Assembly: GCA_040285825.1 (NCBI GenBank)
Contig: JAUPSS010000016.1
Coordinates: 2,777-66,776 of the forward strand
DNA: 64,000 bases
Direction: 5' to 3'
From: Eukaryota sp. TZLM1-RC
Taxonomy: Eukaryota; Protista; Metamonada: BaSk clade
Shown here: one piece after another, positions 50,296-63,079 of the stretch
How the letters are laid out: each line of letters begins with the position of its first letter
Position numbering within the stretch: position 1 is the first letter of the stretch
Made by a program: the position numbers and the translations under genes
The notes under the pieces: generated by a model
Databases searched by the model: none
What the model saw: only the letters and a program-made list of their open reading frames with translations
Told to the model about the DNA's origin: nothing

Positions 50296-51340
50296 ATAAT
50301 TTTTATCTACTGTTGTCTACTGTTTTGAAGGGTATTAAAAAAGTCTATCGTCGCCAATTTTTTGCTCAACAAATCTGAACCAATATGTCTAACAGAAAAC
50401 ACTGTTAAGCATAATAATAGGCTTTCGAACCAAAAATCTTGATGTCTTTGATCTTTGAAAACTTCTTCTTATCTTCACCAAAACTACCGAAATTGAGTTA
50501 TTCAAACTTATTTTGGTAACTCTGACGAACAGCGTTAATTATTATTTTATTTTATTTTCTGTATATTTACAGTGTGTAACCAGAATTTGTAACTAGAGTC
50601 AGTTACAACATGTTCCTTTACACTGCTCCTTGAATACAATAGAAGAACATTGTACTATCAATCACTTTGTAAAAATGTTCAATTTCAAAATGTGATTCAC
50701 AATGATATCCGGCGAATTCAGGATTTATCAAAGAAATACAATTTACAAAAAGAAAATGAAAATTAAACAATTGGTTGTAAACACAATATAATATTAAAAC
50801 TTTAATATTCATTCATTAAATCTTTGATTGAATTCAATTTGCTTAGTGCAAGCGTCATTGACTTTTTATTGATCAGTTTGAACAGTGGTCTCATGCAAAC
50901 AAATTTTTTTATTTATACAGAAGCGAATTCAGAACCATTATCACAGCAATGCAACAGCAAACTGACGTAAAGCTTGTAACAGTAACAAGAACTCGAAATG
51001 GAGGTATCAAGTTCAAGCTATTGTTGCGCTGAGCATTTCCAGGTTAGATTGGTCCAACCTGATTGAACCATCATGAATTGTTGGTTCAGACGAATTAGGA
51101 AACCAACAGGTGGTTCGGAGGAAATTAATGCTGCAATCAGTAAATAATTTAATCAATCAGGCAAATAAAAATGAAAGCAAATCTATATATCAACACGATA
51201 ATGGTGGAAATACCTTTATTCAAAGATAATGGTATTTGAATATTTCTGAATGACTCCCATCAAGTCAAAACAAAAAAATCTAATCTTAAATAATGTCAGC
51301 ACATTCTTAAATACCAATCAATCAGATCCAATCAATCACG

Positions 51341-52564
51341 CTATTGATTGTCCATCAATTCAAAGTACTTATCATGTTCTTCCTCGGTCATTTTCTCTTC
51401 ATCAGCTTCTGTAACATCAGAGAGTAATTTTCTAATTCCGGCAACTGTGACATATACCTTCTCCTCTTCTTCGTCTGCAGGCAAAGCTACTCCTTGGCTT
51501 CCGTTGACAAGTGAAGACTGCTTCTGTACATACTCATCTAGATAAGATTGATGATCTGTACGATGGACTGGTACTGAAAGCGAACTACTGGTTCCCTCTG
51601 ACGGTTCAATCTCCACACGTTCTTGCCCTTGTTGTTCTGTCCATGATGGCATTGAGGGTGCAGCAGGTGTTGGAATAGCAGGGGTTCCTTGGCCATCGAG
51701 CACTAACACATTGAATTTCAACCCTCCAGTGGAATTCAGTGACGCTCCACCACTTCTACGTCCTCCTCCTCCCCTCCTCGACCCTCTACCCCCAAACCTA
51801 GACCCCATGCTTGCCTCTTGCTTTAGAACAGTGTACTCAGCTTGCGACATGACTTTATCTGCATTTCGTCTGTCTTCCTTTGATATCTTTATCTTATGGC
51901 ACTCATCCAAAAGATCTTTTATGGGTTTCAGCTCCCTCTCCACTTTCTGCTGTAATGTCCTCCATTTATCTGTTTGCTTCATGCTATCTCTTTCTTTCAA
52001 AGGATAATTGCACCTTTCACAATGGAATTGAAATGTCTGATAGTTGATTAGACGTTGTACCTCTAGAGTTGTATACGTTGTACCACAGTCAGGACCCCTG
52101 CATTCATATTGTATATCATCTTTGAGCCCTTGTAGTTCTTTATCTATTTTGTTTTCAATAAAGGCTATTTTGTATCTTATTGTGTCTACAAATTGTTTCC
52201 AGTCTATATAATAATATGATCGTTTTCCACCATGCCCCCTTGGCAACTTCACCTCTTCTTTACTTACAAGTCGAACAGAAACTAATTGGTTAAGATTTTC
52301 CCGTAGAATGGATGCTGGAATTTGCATAACATCTGCAAGTTCTTCATCATGGACGGTTCCACAGCGCAGGAGAGCATCAAGCATTATGTACACATTGGGG
52401 TCATGAGAGTAAAAAGCTCGACCCACAAGCCGAGCAAGCTTGATGAGAGGGTTTGAGGAGGGAAAGTCAGGAGCTTTGCCTTTGGGGAGAGGAGCAATAG
52501 TTGGTAGGTTTTGGGCGCTTTCAACATCAAGTTTGATGTCAAAGCCGCTAGAGGTGCGCTGCAT
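51341..52564 (-). CDS. TFA1: Transcription initiation factor IIE alpha subunit
   Basis: Winged helix (RAFY..LDAL..DEELA..YYYID...FVD..RYKI), zinc ribbon YEC..C...Y..LE...F.C..C, acidic C-terminus. Confidence 0.9.
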   Translation of the reverse strand: MQRTSSGFDIKLDVESAQNLPTIAPLPKGKAPDFPSSNPLIKLARLVGRAFYSHDPNVYIMLDALLRCGTVHDEELADVMQIPASILRENLNQLVSVRLVSKEEVKLPRGHGGKRSYYYIDWKQFVDTIRYKIAFIENKIDKELQGLKDDIQYECRGPDCGTTYTTLEVQRLINYQTFQFHCERCNYPLKERDSMKQTDKWRTLQQKVERELKPIKDLLDECHKIKISKEDRRNADKVMSQAEYTVLKQEASMGSRFGGRGSRRGGGGRRSGGASLNSTGGLKFNVLVLDGQGTPAIPTPAAPSMPSWTEQQGQERVEIEPSEGTSSSLSVPVHRTDHQSYLDEYVQKQSSLVNGSQGVALPADEEEEKVYVTVAGIRKLLSDVTEADEEKMTEEEHDKYFELMDNQ

Positions 52565-52614
52565 GTCGAACAGGAAACTTTGTGGAAGAGACTGTTAGGT
52601 AATACAAAATAATT

Positions 52615-52697
52615 TGTTTTTAAACATAGTTGAAGATTACAATGAACAGCCTTTTGCCATGACGTTATGACGTAATCTTCAACTATGTTTTTAAACA
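52615..52697. promoter_or_regulatory. Inverted repeat upstream of TFIIE-alpha, with tandem TGACGT motifs in and at the edge of the spacer
   Basis: aaacatagttgaagattac (52622-52640) / gtaatcttcaactatgttt (52672-52690) perfect 19-bp arms. Confidence 0.6.
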
Positions 52698-53159
52698 GTG
52701 AATTTATTGAAATTCTTCTATTCTTACTTCATGTGCTTATATTGGTGGATGCAGAAATGCAATATTTGAGTTTTCTGATTGGACACAAGAATCCGCTGTC
52801 TGTTGCCACAAATTCTTAAATTGATTAATATTAAGCAAAGTTGCTATCCTTGAATGCTGAATCTCACACTCATTATGTCCTTTGTTCATTTGTTTTTTCC
52901 TGACATGGTACGCTTGACTCACTTGCTCTATCTTTTTTGGACCATTTTGTTGAAACAACGCACAGGAAGAATTTTTGACAAAACATTTTGACAGAACAGA
53001 ATTGTATTTTGAATTTTTAAAGGTGTTGTCCCCTTATTGTCTTCTGTTTTATTATCTCTTGGTCGCTTTTATGAAATAAAACTTCCAGTCAATTCTTTTT
53101 GGCTGATTTGGGGTATGAAGATTTAGCATTTTAAATTTGTTGTTTAGTTCTTCAATGGA

Positions 53160-55330
53160 ATAAATAATAACTTTAATTTATTGAACATGTACACTTAATA
53201 AAATTAACTGATAACTAATGGGACGACTATCATTGAACCAAGATTTCCTCTACAAAATCTTGATCTGCTTGCTGTCTAGCTAAAGCTTCTCTAATTCGAT
53301 TGAAAAACCAAGGAAATCTATTAATAATGGCAAACTGAATCCGAGAACGCCATAAATGTTGTTGTTACTGATTAACTATCTTGCTAGACAGATGAGAAAT
53401 TTACATGATGACGTGGTACTTGTTCAAAAACAAGTATTTCTATTAATAAATCTCTTTTTTCTCTCTTCACTTCTTTGGTATTTCTGCCTAACGGCATCAA
53501 TAATTATTGGCCCTCATTGCAGATGAAATCTACACACGTACCACATCCGTCCTTGCTTCTATGGAAGTGGATGATGTTCTGTTGTTCCTACAACAGTGAA
53601 AGGTGTACTCTTCTGTTACACCGAAAAAGGACCTTGTTCCAGCAAGGCTCCTCGTTGACCCCTTCTTGTTAGAACCATTGGTTCTCACAAGACCTGGGGT
53701 CGATTCATCCGATGAGGTGTTTCTGGATCATTTAAGATCCTCCACCTTGTTTTCCTCGTACGAGGAATTCAACTTGGTGATGTCTGAGTTGAAGGTTGAT
53801 GTCCGTAAGGGCGACGTCCGTGAACGTATGTCCTGCTACCTGAGACGTTTTCTTCAGGCGAAAAGCAGGGCTTCCGGACTGAAACTGCCTGACTCAGCCT
53901 TCATGATCAGATTCGCCAAGGGTATTCTTCCATTAGGACTGCAGAAATCTCTGATTTCTCGAATTCGGGAGGTATTCCCCGATTTTCCTAACATTGGTAA
54001 ATACCGCAGAGGATGAACTACTTGATTGCACGGGAGTAGCTTCTTGGAACAGGTCTTCAAAGACTGTTTCTGAAAATACCGACTCTGTGCGTCAAGCTGG
54101 TATGAAGTCTCGTTCATCCCATAGGTCTCGCAATTTGACTGAAGGGACATGTTTCAAATGTCACCAGAAAGGTCATCTAGCTCGTGATTGCCCCTCAAAA
54201 GTTAAGCACGAAGTCAATCATTTACGCCACGTGCCTCAGTATCTCACAAATCCCCTTTCTTCATTATGCTAAATGGTTCACGAAACTGTTGAAAGAAAAT
54301 GGGAAGAAGTAGTGTTGTTGTTACTGATTAACTATCTTGCTAGACAGATGAGAAATTTACATGATGACGTGGTACTTGTTCAAAAACAAGTATTTCTATT
54401 AATAAATCTCTTTTTTCTCTCTTTACTTCTTTGGTATTTCTGCCTAACGGCATCATAAACAAATATTAAATCTTTTCATTGTTTTTTCTTGAGCCATTTT
54501 TTGGAAGTCATTCAAAAAAGTTTCTGCTTCTGCTGATAGTCTTCTGTTTATCAAAGATGGGAAAGCAATAAAAACTAGTGGTGTATTTCTACCAGCAATA
54601 GCCTCTTCGATATCTTTGTCATATTTTCTACGTTTTTCTTTAGCTTTAAATTCAAGAGCATCTACAGGATTAAGTTTTCTTTTTTGAACCAAGATGTCAT
54701 TTGCAACATTACATGAGACAAAGGCAACAACAGCTTCAGAGTTATCAATCCAATCACAATATACATCACCTCTATCGTCAAAACCAAAATTACATAATGA
54801 AAGTGTTTCCTTCAGCAGGGGCTCTTTGAAACACGAAATTCTTGCAGTTTGTGCCTTATTAAAAACAGTGTCTCTAACAGCATCATGTAATGAAGAACGA
54901 TAAGTTATCAACTTCGAACAATTCAGAGCATGTCGCAAAGTGAGCTGAGGTGAATTCGAACAAATACATTTTTCTTTTAATAATAATTCATTAATGGGGA
55001 TATTCAAATATAATCTCATTTTTGTTACAAACGCGTCATTAGTGGCTAACAGTCCAAATCTTCTTGGTACAATGGTTACAAACAGTGAAGAATGTGATGA
55101 CTGGTTTTCACAAACACCCTTTTCCAATAACAATGAGTGAAGATCTTGATTTAAAACAGCCGAGCTGCATATATTACTATAAAGATTATTTCATACATTC
55201 CAGTCAATCGTTTCTGTAATGTTCGAAGAGTGTAGTCTTTATTTAAAAGATTCTTTTCCGGAATATTGCCATTGAATGATTGGGGAACGCATCGACTCCA
55301 TTTTTCTACATCAAATTTTCGAAATGTCAT
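53160..55330 (-). mobile_element. RLE non-LTR retrotransposon 3' part, interrupted by the mini-LTR element
   Basis: CIC..HALNC..RSSLHDAVRD..EP..RGD..K..KY; removing the insert and TSD restores RFNICL|WRSRIQFAI. Confidence 0.8.
53357..54455 (+). mobile_element. Non-autonomous gag-only mini LTR retrotransposon (TR-GAG/TRIM-like), 1.1 kb
   Basis: 143-bp TG..CA LTRs at 53357-53499 and 54313-54455 (1 difference), TAAA TSD, PPT gggaagaagtag, capsid-like YLRRF..RFAKG and CFKCHQKGHLARDC knuckle; no pol. Confidence 0.92.
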
Positions 55331-55349
55331 CATTTAATGTAAAAACAGT

Positions 55350-55900
55350 GGAACTTTGGGTCAATAAATCAATAAATCATCCCAATCTCACATCAGTAAT
55401 GATAGTGCTCCAATCAAGTCCTTCAAGCATTAAATCACCTCTATTAAGACCAAAAGAATTCGAAGTATCTTTATCAACTAAACGAAAGAGTAACGGTTCT
55501 AAATAGGAAACAATTCTCTGTGATTTAGACATACAATAGAGGTGATCCCTAACTGCATCATTTACCTTTGATCGAAAAGTGATAAAGTGTTGACAGTTGA
55601 ACAGATGATTTGGAGAGATTTTTGATCCACATTTGCAAATCACATTATGAGGAACGTTTTTGGGCCAAATAAAACATCGAAGGCGCATTGAACAAGAAAA
55701 TGTGGTATCATCTAAAAGAAGACCATAAATTTGAGGAATTTTGAGGAATTATACAAGAAGAAGAACTATTTTGGACATTTAACAAAAAATTTGCGAAGAC
55801 GGGATTATCATTTTTGGCCTGGCCAAGAGAATACAAAATAATTGGCTCTTTTCCATTATGTTTTCATTGATCCACATTCCTCTGCAAACCATAAGTATGT
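55350..55900 (-). mobile_element. RLE retrotransposon fragment
   Basis: MRLRC..CKCG..HLFNC..RSKVNDAVRD..EPLL..RGD. Confidence 0.8.
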
Positions 55901-56339
55901 GAAATAAGTAATAGTTAAAATTATAGTTTTGAGGTAGGTAGACAATGAAGATTACAATCTGGAACTAAAGGAAGATCATCAGGAGTTGCAAATCTGATAG
56001 AAACCATTTAAAAGACCTACTTCTATGGTACTAGAAGCACAAAACACTTATTATAGAAGCATAAACAAGTCATATCATGATTGTGTAATGGAACTGTCAA
56101 TTGACCAATTTAATGCATGACCAATTGGTCGACAGGACTTTCCAGATTGGAGATGTATGGTGATGTGATTTGGCACTATCTTTCAGAAGTTTAAACAAGT
56201 GAAGAAGAAGAGTCGCAAGCTCCGGTAACAGTAACAGTTGAAGGGAAATCGAGCTGATCCTGTTGACCACTAATAGAGATACATTGAATAGGCATTTGAT
56301 ACCATTGTGGAAATGAGCAAGCAATTTGAAATTGCAATC

Positions 56340-56520
56340 AGCATGTCAGACATCGTGTCAGACAGCGAGATTATCTTGACTCTTCCCATTCTTCTAACAT
56401 CATGCAGCAAAACGAGAAAAAGGATAACGAGGTTACGGACCCGGTTCCCACCTCCTCCTTCAACCTGTTCTTCACAGAACAGCAGAGTACTTCCTCCCGA
56501 ACTCCTCAGTCAGGAACAGT
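56340..56520 (+). mobile_element. Fragment related to the gag N-terminus of the Gypsy element
   Basis: cagcatgtcagacatc and aacgagg..acggacccgg.tcccacctcc shared with 24463-24590. Confidence 0.6.
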
Positions 56521-56789
56521 AATCCTGCTGAACAGGAATAAACGGAAAGTCAGAGCCTCGATTTCCTATTGGAATCGTCGTTCTGATTCTTCCGTGGGGC
56601 TAGAGTATTGCACTTTTTCCAGTCATCATGTGAGTCATGACATGGGTGTTGTTGAATCAGACATGGTGATAATCACCTTGGATATAGGATGTTTCTTTTG
56701 TTTATGTTTTGTTTTGAATTGTTATTTTGATGTATTTTCCATTATCTCATATCCTGCGTTCATCCACACCGTCAATGTCTCTTGAATTT

Positions 56790-58100
56790 TGCAAAAATTT
56801 CAACGAGTTAAGAACCAAATTTTTGGCTAATTTGCTTGATATTGATTCTTCTTTTTCACATAGTCATTTTGTTGTAGCACAGAATCAGGAGGCCTAAATT
56901 TTCCCAAATTTAAATTTTTGTGTAACGCTACATTTATTGGTGGAGGCAAAAATTTCATTTTTGAATTTTTGAAACGTTTTCCTGAAAACCAGCATTCAAT
57001 AGAATCTTGTGTTAGTGATTAGTGTTTGGTGTCTTTGCAGAATGAAAGCGGATGCCTCTCTCCTCAAATATGGTCCAAATGCTTTCCTACTGATATTCAA
57101 GAAATTCCACCCAGAAGTTTGGTTTCTTTAAGATTTGCATACGCAAAATTGCTGAAAAAATACTAAAAGTTTTTGAAAACTTGGATTTTACTGTACGTGT
57201 TAGCTTGGCTAACGCAAAGAATCCCGTTTTTGCCAACTTTTTGATTGATCTTAAGGAAAGTAGTTCAAATTGTCTCATTTCCCAAATCCCAAATTTTTTC
57301 GGTCTATCGTTAAATGACCATCAATGGACAACTGCCTTAAGAATGAGGTGTTTTTTGGCCGTGCAGTGTGCCAAATGATTTGATTTGTCGTTGTGGTCAG
57401 CTTATCAATCTGAATCATTTATTCAATTGTAAATTTAATATTACATATCGCTCAGTTGTTCAAGAAGCTGTTAGAGACCAACTATATGCTATGTGCAAAA
57501 GTGACCACCTTGAAGCTTTTGTTGAAACTCTTGTGCGTAAGTTGTCACCTGAAAATGAAGATGAAAAACTTTTGGGAAACGCCGTGCTGACTTAATTACA
57601 CCTGGGTCTGATGGTGTGATCAAAGTTGTTGATGTTGTCACTGTTGATGTTTGTAAGGATTCAGCAATTAGTTCTGCTAAAAAAGATGAAACTCCACTTT
57701 GCTTTGCTGAAAAGAGCAAAATCAAAAAGTACAATGAACCCTTATCTCAGCTAGGACGTGTTGAGCATGTCAGGTATCAGTTGGTTCCATTTGCTGTTTC
57801 TCTTTTTGGTAACATTGGAATATCTGGCATTAAATTTCTTGAAGGTTTCAGAAGTTTAATAAAAGAAAGAGCAGGAAAAGAATTGAACTTCAATTTCTGG
57901 CACAATAGAATTGTTTTCAGTATTCTTACAGCAATTCCAGAAATGCTGACCAAAGCACTGTTACAATTAGGAATAGAGTATGAAAATGGCGCGGTTAAAA
58001 GATTTGATGATGTTGATGCGTGTATTGAGGATATTGAGTTCTAGTTTTTTTTAATGTTTTGTTAGCGTTGAAAATAAGAATAAATTTTTAAAAAATAATA
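56790..58100 (+). mobile_element. 5'-truncated RLE non-LTR retrotransposon with A-rich tail
   Basis: GGL.F; LRMRC; CRCG..HLFNC; RADLI; VVDVVTVD; K.KKY; VPFAVSLFG; FWHNRI. Confidence 0.85.
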
Positions 58101-58109
58101 AATTTATCA

Positions 58110-59747
58110 CTTATCGGCCCATTGTCTCTTTTACAGCACGGGTTACAACATTTCGTTATTCTGTCCAAACAAATAGGGTTAGATATTAAATTGCCCAAGT
58201 GTTTCATTATTGGTAATCAGAATGCTGAGGTAGCATTTAATGAAACTTTTATCAAATACGTTGATTATGAGGAAGATGCGATTCGTTTTCTTGGCTCTTA
58301 TTTTGGAAATTGTGAAAAAGTTAAATCGATTTTGTCAGGTATTTTGGGAATACTTGAAGAACAACTTTTAGCTATTCAAGAACTGAAAATTGACAAGCAT
58401 TTAGCGTTTTCGGTCCTAAATGTGTGTTTTGGATCAAAAATTAATCACCTTCTTCATTCTTTATCCCCCACAATTTTTCATGATTTTGCACGTCAATTTA
58501 CTACTTTGAGAACAAATTTCTTGGGAGATTTGGTAGAAGTTTGTCCATCAAAAATTCCTTATCATGCATTTCTTAGTCCTAAATTTGGGGGAGTTGGTAT
58601 TTCAAAAGCAGAGTATTTATGCAAAAGTGCTTTTATTGGTGGTATGAAAAATTTTCTTTTTGAATGGAGACTTCGTTTTGATCATATTCCTTTAAATGAA
58701 TCACATTCTTTATTAATATCTCTTGAAAAAATGGTGCAAGAACTATCTGTTGATGTTTGGAATAGGAGTTTTCCTTCAAGTTTGCCTGCTGTGCCTTTGA
58801 GATCTTTCACCAATCTTCATCTTGCTGTTGTGAAAAGACAGAAGTCTGTTCTTATTGGTTTTGAAGACCTGGATTTTTCTAAACGACTTAGTGTGACTAA
58901 GATTAACAATCCCGTCTTTGCTGCCTTTTTATCAGACATCCAGAACTGCACTAGTTTAATATCTCAGCAACCAAGGCCATTTGGTCTTCACTTAACAAAT
59001 GAAGCATGGAGACAAAACATGCGGTTGAGATTGGGGCTGTATCCAAGTGGTCTTTTGGATAATTCTGTTTGTATTTGTAACGAAAAACCTACTGCCAATT
59101 TCATATTGTTAGTTGTAAGAAATTCCTTCAATATCGGTCAGTTCTTCATAATGCCATTCGTGATGTGACATATGAGATGTTCAAGTGTTACAATTTTAGT
59201 TGCAAAGTAGAACCGTTGTTGAAGCATTATAGCGATAATAATCTGTTTAATTCATGTCGAGGTGATTTAATTGCTCCTTTTGTGGATTCCTCTCAGGTTG
59301 TTGTTGATTTTACTACAGTTGATCCCTTTGCTTTTATTTATCGTGATGATGTTTTACTTAGTGCTAATGGTCATTTAAACAAGGCTGAAGATCGTAAAAG
59401 AGATAAATAAACTGAGATATTAAATGATTTAAATAAGAATCTTTACTCGAAGTTTTCGTTTGTTCTTTTTGCCTTTTCGATTTTTGGCAACATTGGACAG
59501 TCCGCCTTGAATTTTATCAATGATTTTGGTAATTTATGTCGTTCAAGTGGTAAGAATTTTGCAGGGAATTTATGGAAGAATCGTATCATTTTCGCTTTGT
59601 GCAGAAGTGTTCCCAAGTACTTGAGTTTAATGATGTCCAAGATTTACAAGGATTCATCAAGAGTTGGCATGGAGAATTTTGTTTCTTATGTGTTTTAGCT
59701 TGTTTTGTTATGTTGTGTTACTTTTTTTAGTAAATTTATAAATAAAA
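58110..59747 (+). mobile_element. 5'-truncated RLE non-LTR retrotransposon (late RT/thumb to RLE), followed by ATATCTCAA
   Basis: GLDIKLPKC, IRFLGSYFG, P.FGGVGI, MRLRLG, CIC..., RGD, VDFTTVDP, WKNRI. Confidence 0.88.
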
Positions 59748-59756
59748 ATATCTCAA

Positions 59757-60490
59757 ATAGCCTTGGATTATTTCCCTCAGAACTATTGGATAATAGTGTT
59801 TGTTGCTGTGTTAAAAGACCTAAAGCTGATTTCAAACATATTGTCAGTTATAAAAAGTTCCTTCAGTTCAGGTCAATCTTACACAATTCAGTTCGTGATG
59901 TGACATATGAGATGTTTAGGTGTCATGGTTTTAATGGGAAAATAGAACCTTTACTGAAACACTACAGTGATAACGATATTTTCAACTGTCGTCGTGGAGA
60001 TTTGATTGTACCCTTTACTAACTCATCTCAGGCGGTTGTTGATTTTACTACCGTTGACCCTTGTGCAAAAGTGTATTTGTCTTCAGTTTTTAATGATGAA
60101 AATTCGCATCTGTGTCAGGCGGAGGCACGTAAGAATCAGTTGTATGATGAAGTAATGAGGAATCTTTATCAAAATTTATACTCTTCTTTTGTCTTCATTC
60201 CATTTGCAATTTCGATTTTTGGAAGCATTGGTAAGATAGGTCAAAAGTTTCTTGATTCTTTTGCCAAATTATGTCTTGAACGTAACAGATTATTTAACAT
60301 TTCCATTTGGCGTAATAGAATCATCTTTGCTTTATTTCGAAGCTTTCCCAAATACTTGTCTCAGATATTCAAAAAGTTATATAGAAGTGTAAGGGTAGAT
60401 GTGGAGAATTTTTCTTCTTATAAGTTCTAGCTCTTAGCTGTATGTTGTCACTCTATAATAATAAACAAATAAATAATAAAATAAATTAAA
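59757..60490 (+). mobile_element. Second, shorter tandem copy of the same RLE subfamily, followed by ATATCTCAA
   Basis: LG..P..LLDNSVC, RSILHNSVRD, EPLLKHYSD, RGD, VDFTTVDP, WRNRI; A-rich tail. Confidence 0.88.
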
Positions 60491-60537
60491 ATATCTCAAC
60501 TTTTTACAACTTTTAATCCTTTGCTTTCATTCAGTCG

Positions 60538-62145
60538 ATGTCTCTCGAAAACTACAAGGATCTCAACGTCAATCTTTCATTGCTTGACCACCATGTGGTT
60601 GATTTTCTCATCGATGAGGCTGGTGTCATCTCTGAATCCGTTCGCTCTCGATTGTCTTCATCAACTTCACCTGATCCCACAAGATTACCATTAGATGCTT
60701 CACAGATTCAACGTCTTCGTTCCATTTGCCGTCGTATCACCACAGACAGTGACCTTTCTTTTTGCCTTAAAGATCTCCACAATGAAGTTGATTCTACACC
60801 AGCCCTGGAGTCATCCCCCTCTGTCCAGCATGCATTACTTTCACTTCATAAGCTTCACCTATCTGATCTATTAACTCAGTCTAGGAGAAATGACGCTTTC
60901 TTCTACATCAAGTCAGTTTATATTCCACTAGTTTTGAAATACAGATCCGCTGATAATATTCAGGACCTTAAATCAATCACAATCAATTTGATGACGTCAT
61001 CAAAGTCAGATTCCCTTTTTCCATCTCTAAGTATATCTTCTGATGCAAAAAGAAAGGAAATCGCCAGTTCAATTCAGTCATCGTTCTTAACCTCCCTTGG
61101 GGGTCGACTTTCCAAATTTGGAACAATCATTCGATACCTAACCGGTCCAGTCCTTCAATATTATTCCATTTTTAATGAGCAAAAAATCACCTCAACTCTC
61201 TCCCCAGATAGAATTTCACTTATTCAATCAATTTTACTACCAGAGCGAGAACCCCAAGTCTCCAAAAGACCTCCAAACTCTGCACATAATTTCTCTGAAA
61301 GTGGGGTTTCAGAACTAGTCCAGGCTTTATGTATAACGAGAGAAGAGGCAATTCAAGCATTAATGCTGACAGAAGGAGATCTTTGTAAAGCTTTGGTTGG
61401 TGAACTAAGTCGGTTTGGGCTTAATTATCGAATTATGAATAGATTATGTTGTCAATATTTGATGAGCAGAGGGTTGATTAGGAATGATGACGTGACTGGT
61501 GATGTGGATATTGACTTTGTAATGTCATCACAGGTTAATTGGGAACAGTTGCGATCGTTGTTGACTGCCTCTGACTACCAATCAACATTGTCTGCAATCA
61601 ATCTAATCAATCAATCAATTGATGGTTTCCTTTCTAATCACCCTGACCTCCATTTTTCACTTCTTCGCCAAGCAGTTCTTCTCGCCTCCAAAGAAGTTGG
61701 TGGTGCAGTCAAAGCGACTTCAATGGTTAAAGAGAAAATTGTACCAATTGCCAAAGACAAATTACCTGAAGTTAGTGGGCTAATGGCTGAAATACTTGGC
61801 AGAAAAGAATTTGGTTTAGAGCAGCAGGAAGACTTGGTTTCAAAGTTGTTCCCTCGAATTTCTCCTTCAGATGAAGTTGATTTGGTTTGGTTAATGCAGT
61901 TTTTGTTACAAGTTCACATTGAAAAGTGTAGTGAAAGCCGAAGTCAAGATGTCTTTGGCCCCCATCTAAACTTAGAAGATTTGATTTCCGGTCAACAACA
62001 ATCAATCGAGGATGATTGCCCTTTTCCACAGGAGACTGTTGCCACTTTGATGGATATTTTAGGTGTTAGTAAGAGCGATGCTATTGAAACTTTGGTAGCT
62101 CATGATGGTAACCTTGAACTCGTTATAGAGAGTTTTTTTGGCTAG
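60538..62145 (+). CDS. Protein with CTLH/CRA-like helical regions and two UBA-like domains
   Basis: ELVQALCITREEAIQALMLTEGDL and VATLMDILGVSKSDAIETLVAHDGNL (UBA-like); LHFSLLRQ and LLSLHKLHL (CTLH-like). Confidence 0.6.
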   Translation: MSLENYKDLNVNLSLLDHHVVDFLIDEAGVISESVRSRLSSSTSPDPTRLPLDASQIQRLRSICRRITTDSDLSFCLKDLHNEVDSTPALESSPSVQHALLSLHKLHLSDLLTQSRRNDAFFYIKSVYIPLVLKYRSADNIQDLKSITINLMTSSKSDSLFPSLSISSDAKRKEIASSIQSSFLTSLGGRLSKFGTIIRYLTGPVLQYYSIFNEQKITSTLSPDRISLIQSILLPEREPQVSKRPPNSAHNFSESGVSELVQALCITREEAIQALMLTEGDLCKALVGELSRFGLNYRIMNRLCCQYLMSRGLIRNDDVTGDVDIDFVMSSQVNWEQLRSLLTASDYQSTLSAINLINQSIDGFLSNHPDLHFSLLRQAVLLASKEVGGAVKATSMVKEKIVPIAKDKLPEVSGLMAEILGRKEFGLEQQEDLVSKLFPRISPSDEVDLVWLMQFLLQVHIEKCSESRSQDVFGPHLNLEDLISGQQQSIEDDCPFPQETVATLMDILGVSKSDAIETLVAHDGNLELVIESFFG

Positions 62146-63079
62146 GTGTAAATAAATTTTTGAAAAAAATAAATAAATTGAATTTTCAATGGTTATTTTG
62201 TTACTTCTTGGTGTCACGATATTAAGAAAGATTGTTGATGTTACAGGGGATGATTTGGGGTTAGTAATCTTAAGGTAAAGCAATTACGGTTATGCTAAAT
62301 TTGTTGCCCCTCAAACTAGTGGCACTGTGCCTAGTACAATACACTAAGTAAAGACTGATGATAAACTATACGTAAACTATTATTTGACTCAAATATTATA
62401 AGAATTCACTGAAGAAATTCAGTTTTGATTCAATCACAATAATGAAATTTGAGCACTATTTATGTTTGAGTACCATGTTCGCTGGAAAACATTTTTTTTG
62501 GCGGAAAATAATTTTCGCCGCCATTGCAAATTTTTTTGGTAAATTTTCAATGCAAGTGCATCATAAAGCAAGGATTTTGTTCAAGGAAATAGTGGGTCAA
62601 AACATTTGAAATTTTTAGGGTTTTTCAACAAAATCCCAATTATTTTTGTGGCATTCATTTTCGTGTACTTAAAAAGGAATGATGATGTGGAATTTTTGCA
62701 GAATATCTATCACAATTGTATTTTTCCACTGTTATATTTTCCAATTGTTTCTTCCAAAATTCAATTTTATCTTCTGTGTGACAGAAATCTTCAACGATAA
62801 ATTGCAGCGAAAAACCCACAAGTTAAATAAGGATTCTTTATTGATATTGGGTTGTATCAAAAAAGTCAACAGGAGTTGCAGTGTCAACTGATTTTCTTTC
62901 AATAATAGTTTGGCAATCAATTTCCCTTATTGAGAAGCTCATTATTGATTCTGATTAAGTTAATTGCAAATTCAAATTATCGAAGTTGTGTCAATTTGTG
63001 AGATCAAGTTTTTACTATTGTTCTTTTTTTAAAAGAGACTTTTTTTACTATATCTTTATTGATCTAAATTACTGTCTAG

